Shown: piece after piece, positions 61,828 to 64,000 of the stretch
Position numbering within the stretch: position 1 is the first letter of the stretch
Layout of the letters: every line of letters starts with the position of its first letter
Source of the DNA: an uncultured virus (IMG/VR IMGVR_UViG_3300027901_000780)
Lineage: Duplodnaviria > Heunggongvirae > Uroviricota > Caudoviricetes
DNA length: 64,000 bases
IMG/VR virus record: IMGVR_UViG_3300027901_000780
Strand: one strand, 5' to 3'
Notes under the pieces: generated by a model
What the model was told of the DNA's origin: nothing
The model's input: the letters and a program-made list of their open reading frames with translations, nothing else
Database searches by the model: none
Program-made: the position numbers and the translations under genes

Positions 61828-62700
61828 ATGCCATTTGATAAAATAGGAGAAAAGAAAGAAGAAAAAATAGAAATTGGTAGTAGTAGTGAATTAGAAAATA
61901 AAGAAATATCAAAAGAGGAAGATTCAATAAATGTTGATGAATTAGAAAAATTGGATATAAATAGAGTAGTAATGGAAGTAGCAAAACCATTAGTGGAAAA
62001 AATTGAAAAATTAGAAAAAAATATATTAGATAGTAAAATATATAAAAATGAATTAGTGAATCAGGTAGTAGATAATTTACTAAATTTAATAGTTCCATTA
62101 AAAGAGTTTAATGGAACATATATAGACTTAAATAAAAATTTAATTAATACAAATAATAAATTAGTTAATTCTATTAATGAATTATTAAAAAATATAAAAG
62201 ATTTAGCAAATGATTTAAATGATGAATTTATGGTAATGGTTAATACAATGAGAACAGTTGAATCATTAGTAAGAATGGTTGAATCATTAATATTAAAGTT
62301 AGATGTTAGACCAGTAATTAATTTAAGTCCAATAATAGAAGTTAAAATAGATGAAAAGAATAAAGTTATTCCAATAAAACCAAAGAAAGAACCAGTAAAA
62401 TCAATAAAAAAGGAGGAAGATGATACAATTAGAACACCATTAAAACCAGATGAAATGATAGAAGAACTTGATGAATTTACAGATAAAAAGGTGCAAAAAA
62501 TAGTTGGTGGAGATGAAAAGTTGATAATGTTTGAAGGAGAAATGATAGGTATAAAAATTATTACTATAAAGAAATTAATGGAAAAGACTGGTTTAACTAA
62601 GAAAGATATTATAAAATTTTCAAAGGAAAAAGGATATAAGATAACAAAAACAAGGATATATACTGATATTAAAGTAAAAAATTTAATAGAAAAAGAATAA
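61828..62700 (+). CDS. Coiled-coil protein with MPF N-terminus
   Basis: ATG 61828 after GGAGATGA; MPFDKIGEK. Confidence 0.8.
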   Translation: MPFDKIGEKKEEKIEIGSSSELENKEISKEEDSINVDELEKLDINRVVMEVAKPLVEKIEKLEKNILDSKIYKNELVNQVVDNLLNLIVPLKEFNGTYIDLNKNLINTNNKLVNSINELLKNIKDLANDLNDEFMVMVNTMRTVESLVRMVESLILKLDVRPVINLSPIIEVKIDEKNKVIPIKPKKEPVKSIKKEEDDTIRTPLKPDEMIEELDEFTDKKVQKIVGGDEKLIMFEGEMIGIKIITIKKLMEKTGLTKKDIIKFSKEKGYKITKTRIYTDIKVKNLIEKE

Positions 62701-62714
62701 AATGGAGGAATAAT

Positions 62715-62915
62715 ATGAGTAAATTGGAGATAGCATATTTTATATTTGGATTTGTATCTATAATATATGCAGTAATTTTTATTTTTAATAACTTTTTTGT
62801 AGAAGATATAGGTACAATAGATATATTATTAAATGTAACAGCAGGTATAACATTTCTTATATTTGGATTTATATTTTCTATTTTATCTTTTGAAGAATTT
62901 AGAAAGTCAATATAG
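62715..62915 (+). CDS. Small two-TM protein
   Basis: GGAGG RBS; two hydrophobic helices. Confidence 0.8.
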   Translation: MSKLEIAYFIFGFVSIIYAVIFIFNNFFVEDIGTIDILLNVTAGITFLIFGFIFSILSFEEFRKSI

Positions 62916-62930
62916 ATGGGGTGATTAACA

Positions 62931-63530
62931 TTGGTTAATATAATGGAAATTAATAAAAATGAATATTATGTTAATACAGTTGTTGTATTAAATAAAGAAA
63001 TATATAAAGATAAAAAAATTTATGCTATAATTGGTACAAGAGAACCAAATAGATATGAAAAGGATATTGCATATAATTTAGGAAGGAGGTTTGCAATAAA
63101 GGATATAGTAGTTATAACTGGTGGTGCAAATGGAATAGATTATTATGCTACTGATGGATGTTTAAGAAATGGTGGAAATGTTATATGGGTTTTAGCAAAG
63201 TTTAAGGATGATATATTAATTCCACAAAAGAATTTTGATTATGCTTTGAATAATATAGAAAATGGATTAGATATAATAATAATTGATTATATAGAAGAAT
63301 TAACATTAAAACAACAATATTTAGAGAGAAATATAGTAATATTAGAAACAGCAACAAAAATATTTATACCAATGTATTATGATGATTGTATGAAAAAGAA
63401 ATATGGAGTATATAAACAAATAAAAAATAATTATTTAAAAAATAAAAATATATATAATAAAGATAATAATAAAAAATTTATATTTATGCACGATATAATA
63501 AGGGCAATAGGTAATAGTAATATATTTTAG
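62931..63530 (+). CDS. DprA/Smf-like Rossmann-fold (SLOG) protein
   Basis: AIIGTR, VITGGANGID, YLERNIVI. Confidence 0.8.
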   Translation: MVNIMEINKNEYYVNTVVVLNKEIYKDKKIYAIIGTREPNRYEKDIAYNLGRRFAIKDIVVITGGANGIDYYATDGCLRNGGNVIWVLAKFKDDILIPQKNFDYALNNIENGLDIIIIDYIEELTLKQQYLERNIVILETATKIFIPMYYDDCMKKKYGVYKQIKNNYLKNKNIYNKDNNKKFIFMHDIIRAIGNSNIF

Positions 63531-63542
63531 GATATGGTATAT

Positions 63543-63689
63543 ATGAGTGATTTTGAAGGTATGTGGGAAGAATTAAAGAAATATATAGAAGATGATAATT
63601 TATATATGACAATTTATCCTTTTGATGTACAAACAAAAATTAAAACTAAAATGGAAGAATTAGAAAATAAGTATATAGATAGTGATTAA
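63543..63689 (+). CDS. Small hypothetical protein (48 aa, not in ORF track)
   Basis: MSDFEGMWEELKKYIEDD... Confidence 0.55.
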   Translation: MSDFEGMWEELKKYIEDDNLYMTIYPFDVQTKIKTKMEELENKYIDSD

Positions 63690-63924
63690 TATGGATTATG
63701 ATTCAAATGTAGAAAGAGTTAAAAAAGAAAAAATAGAAGAACTATTAAAGAATAAGAAGAATGGAGATAAAATAAGATTTGAAATAGAAAAGGTGGTGGT
63801 AGATTTGGAAGATTATAGTAATTTAAAATTAGTGGATTTTATAAGAAAGATAAAGAGTAATGTGTATGAATTTGATAAGAAAAGTAATAATATAGATACA
63901 TTAGCATTAAAAACATTCAAATAA
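63682..63924 (+). CDS. Hypothetical protein
   Basis: ORF in operon. Confidence 0.7.
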   Translation: MINMDYDSNVERVKKEKIEELLKNKKNGDKIRFEIEKVVVDLEDYSNLKLVDFIRKIKSNVYEFDKKSNNIDTLALKTFK

Positions 63925-64000
63925 AATGGTATTACAATGGATGGAATTGTAAAAAAGGATAAACATAAGATAAGGGAAGGGTGTTCAAATGCAATTGTGT

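Noticed and set aside
40509..62098. Minus-strand ORFs in the right arm
   Set aside because: Antisense shadows of plus-strand genes
1..64000. Borg-type tandem nucleotide repeats, DGR or alternative genetic code
   Set aside because: No perfect tandem arrays or reverse transcriptase seen; genes tile densely under the standard code with all three stops used

Overview
Very AT-rich, densely coding segment of what looks like a large archaeal virus or extrachromosomal element. An Asgard-type host is plausible but inferred, from an archaeal PolB1-like polymerase, Hjc, PCNA, GGTGA-type ribosome-binding sites, a longin-like gene and Asgard-like surface-protein modules. No rRNA, tRNA, ribosomal-protein, CRISPR, terminase or recognisable capsid gene was seen. 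The window has two divergent arms. The left arm (1-38051, minus strand) carries surface and membrane proteins, protein-processing enzymes and about 30 small orphan proteins. The right arm (40312-64000, plus strand) carries replication, recombination and nucleotide-metabolism genes. Between them lies a ~2.2 kb mostly non-coding switch region with a GC-rich hairpin, a G-quadruplex-type motif and one isolated basic gene. The most striking patterns are three shared peptide tags on otherwise unrelated proteins. (1) A paired-Cys helical module closed by C-x-[LI]-[KR]-[KR]-[LI] occurs in about 19 left-arm proteins. (2) An exactly spaced C-x8-GY-x21-C mini-domain is fused to different partners, including an ADP-ribosyltransferase-like domain. 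(3) An N-terminal M-P-F tag occurs on 12 proteins, including PolB, PCNA, the MCM-like ATPase and the methyltransferase. All functional calls come from motif recognition by eye; no database search was run.
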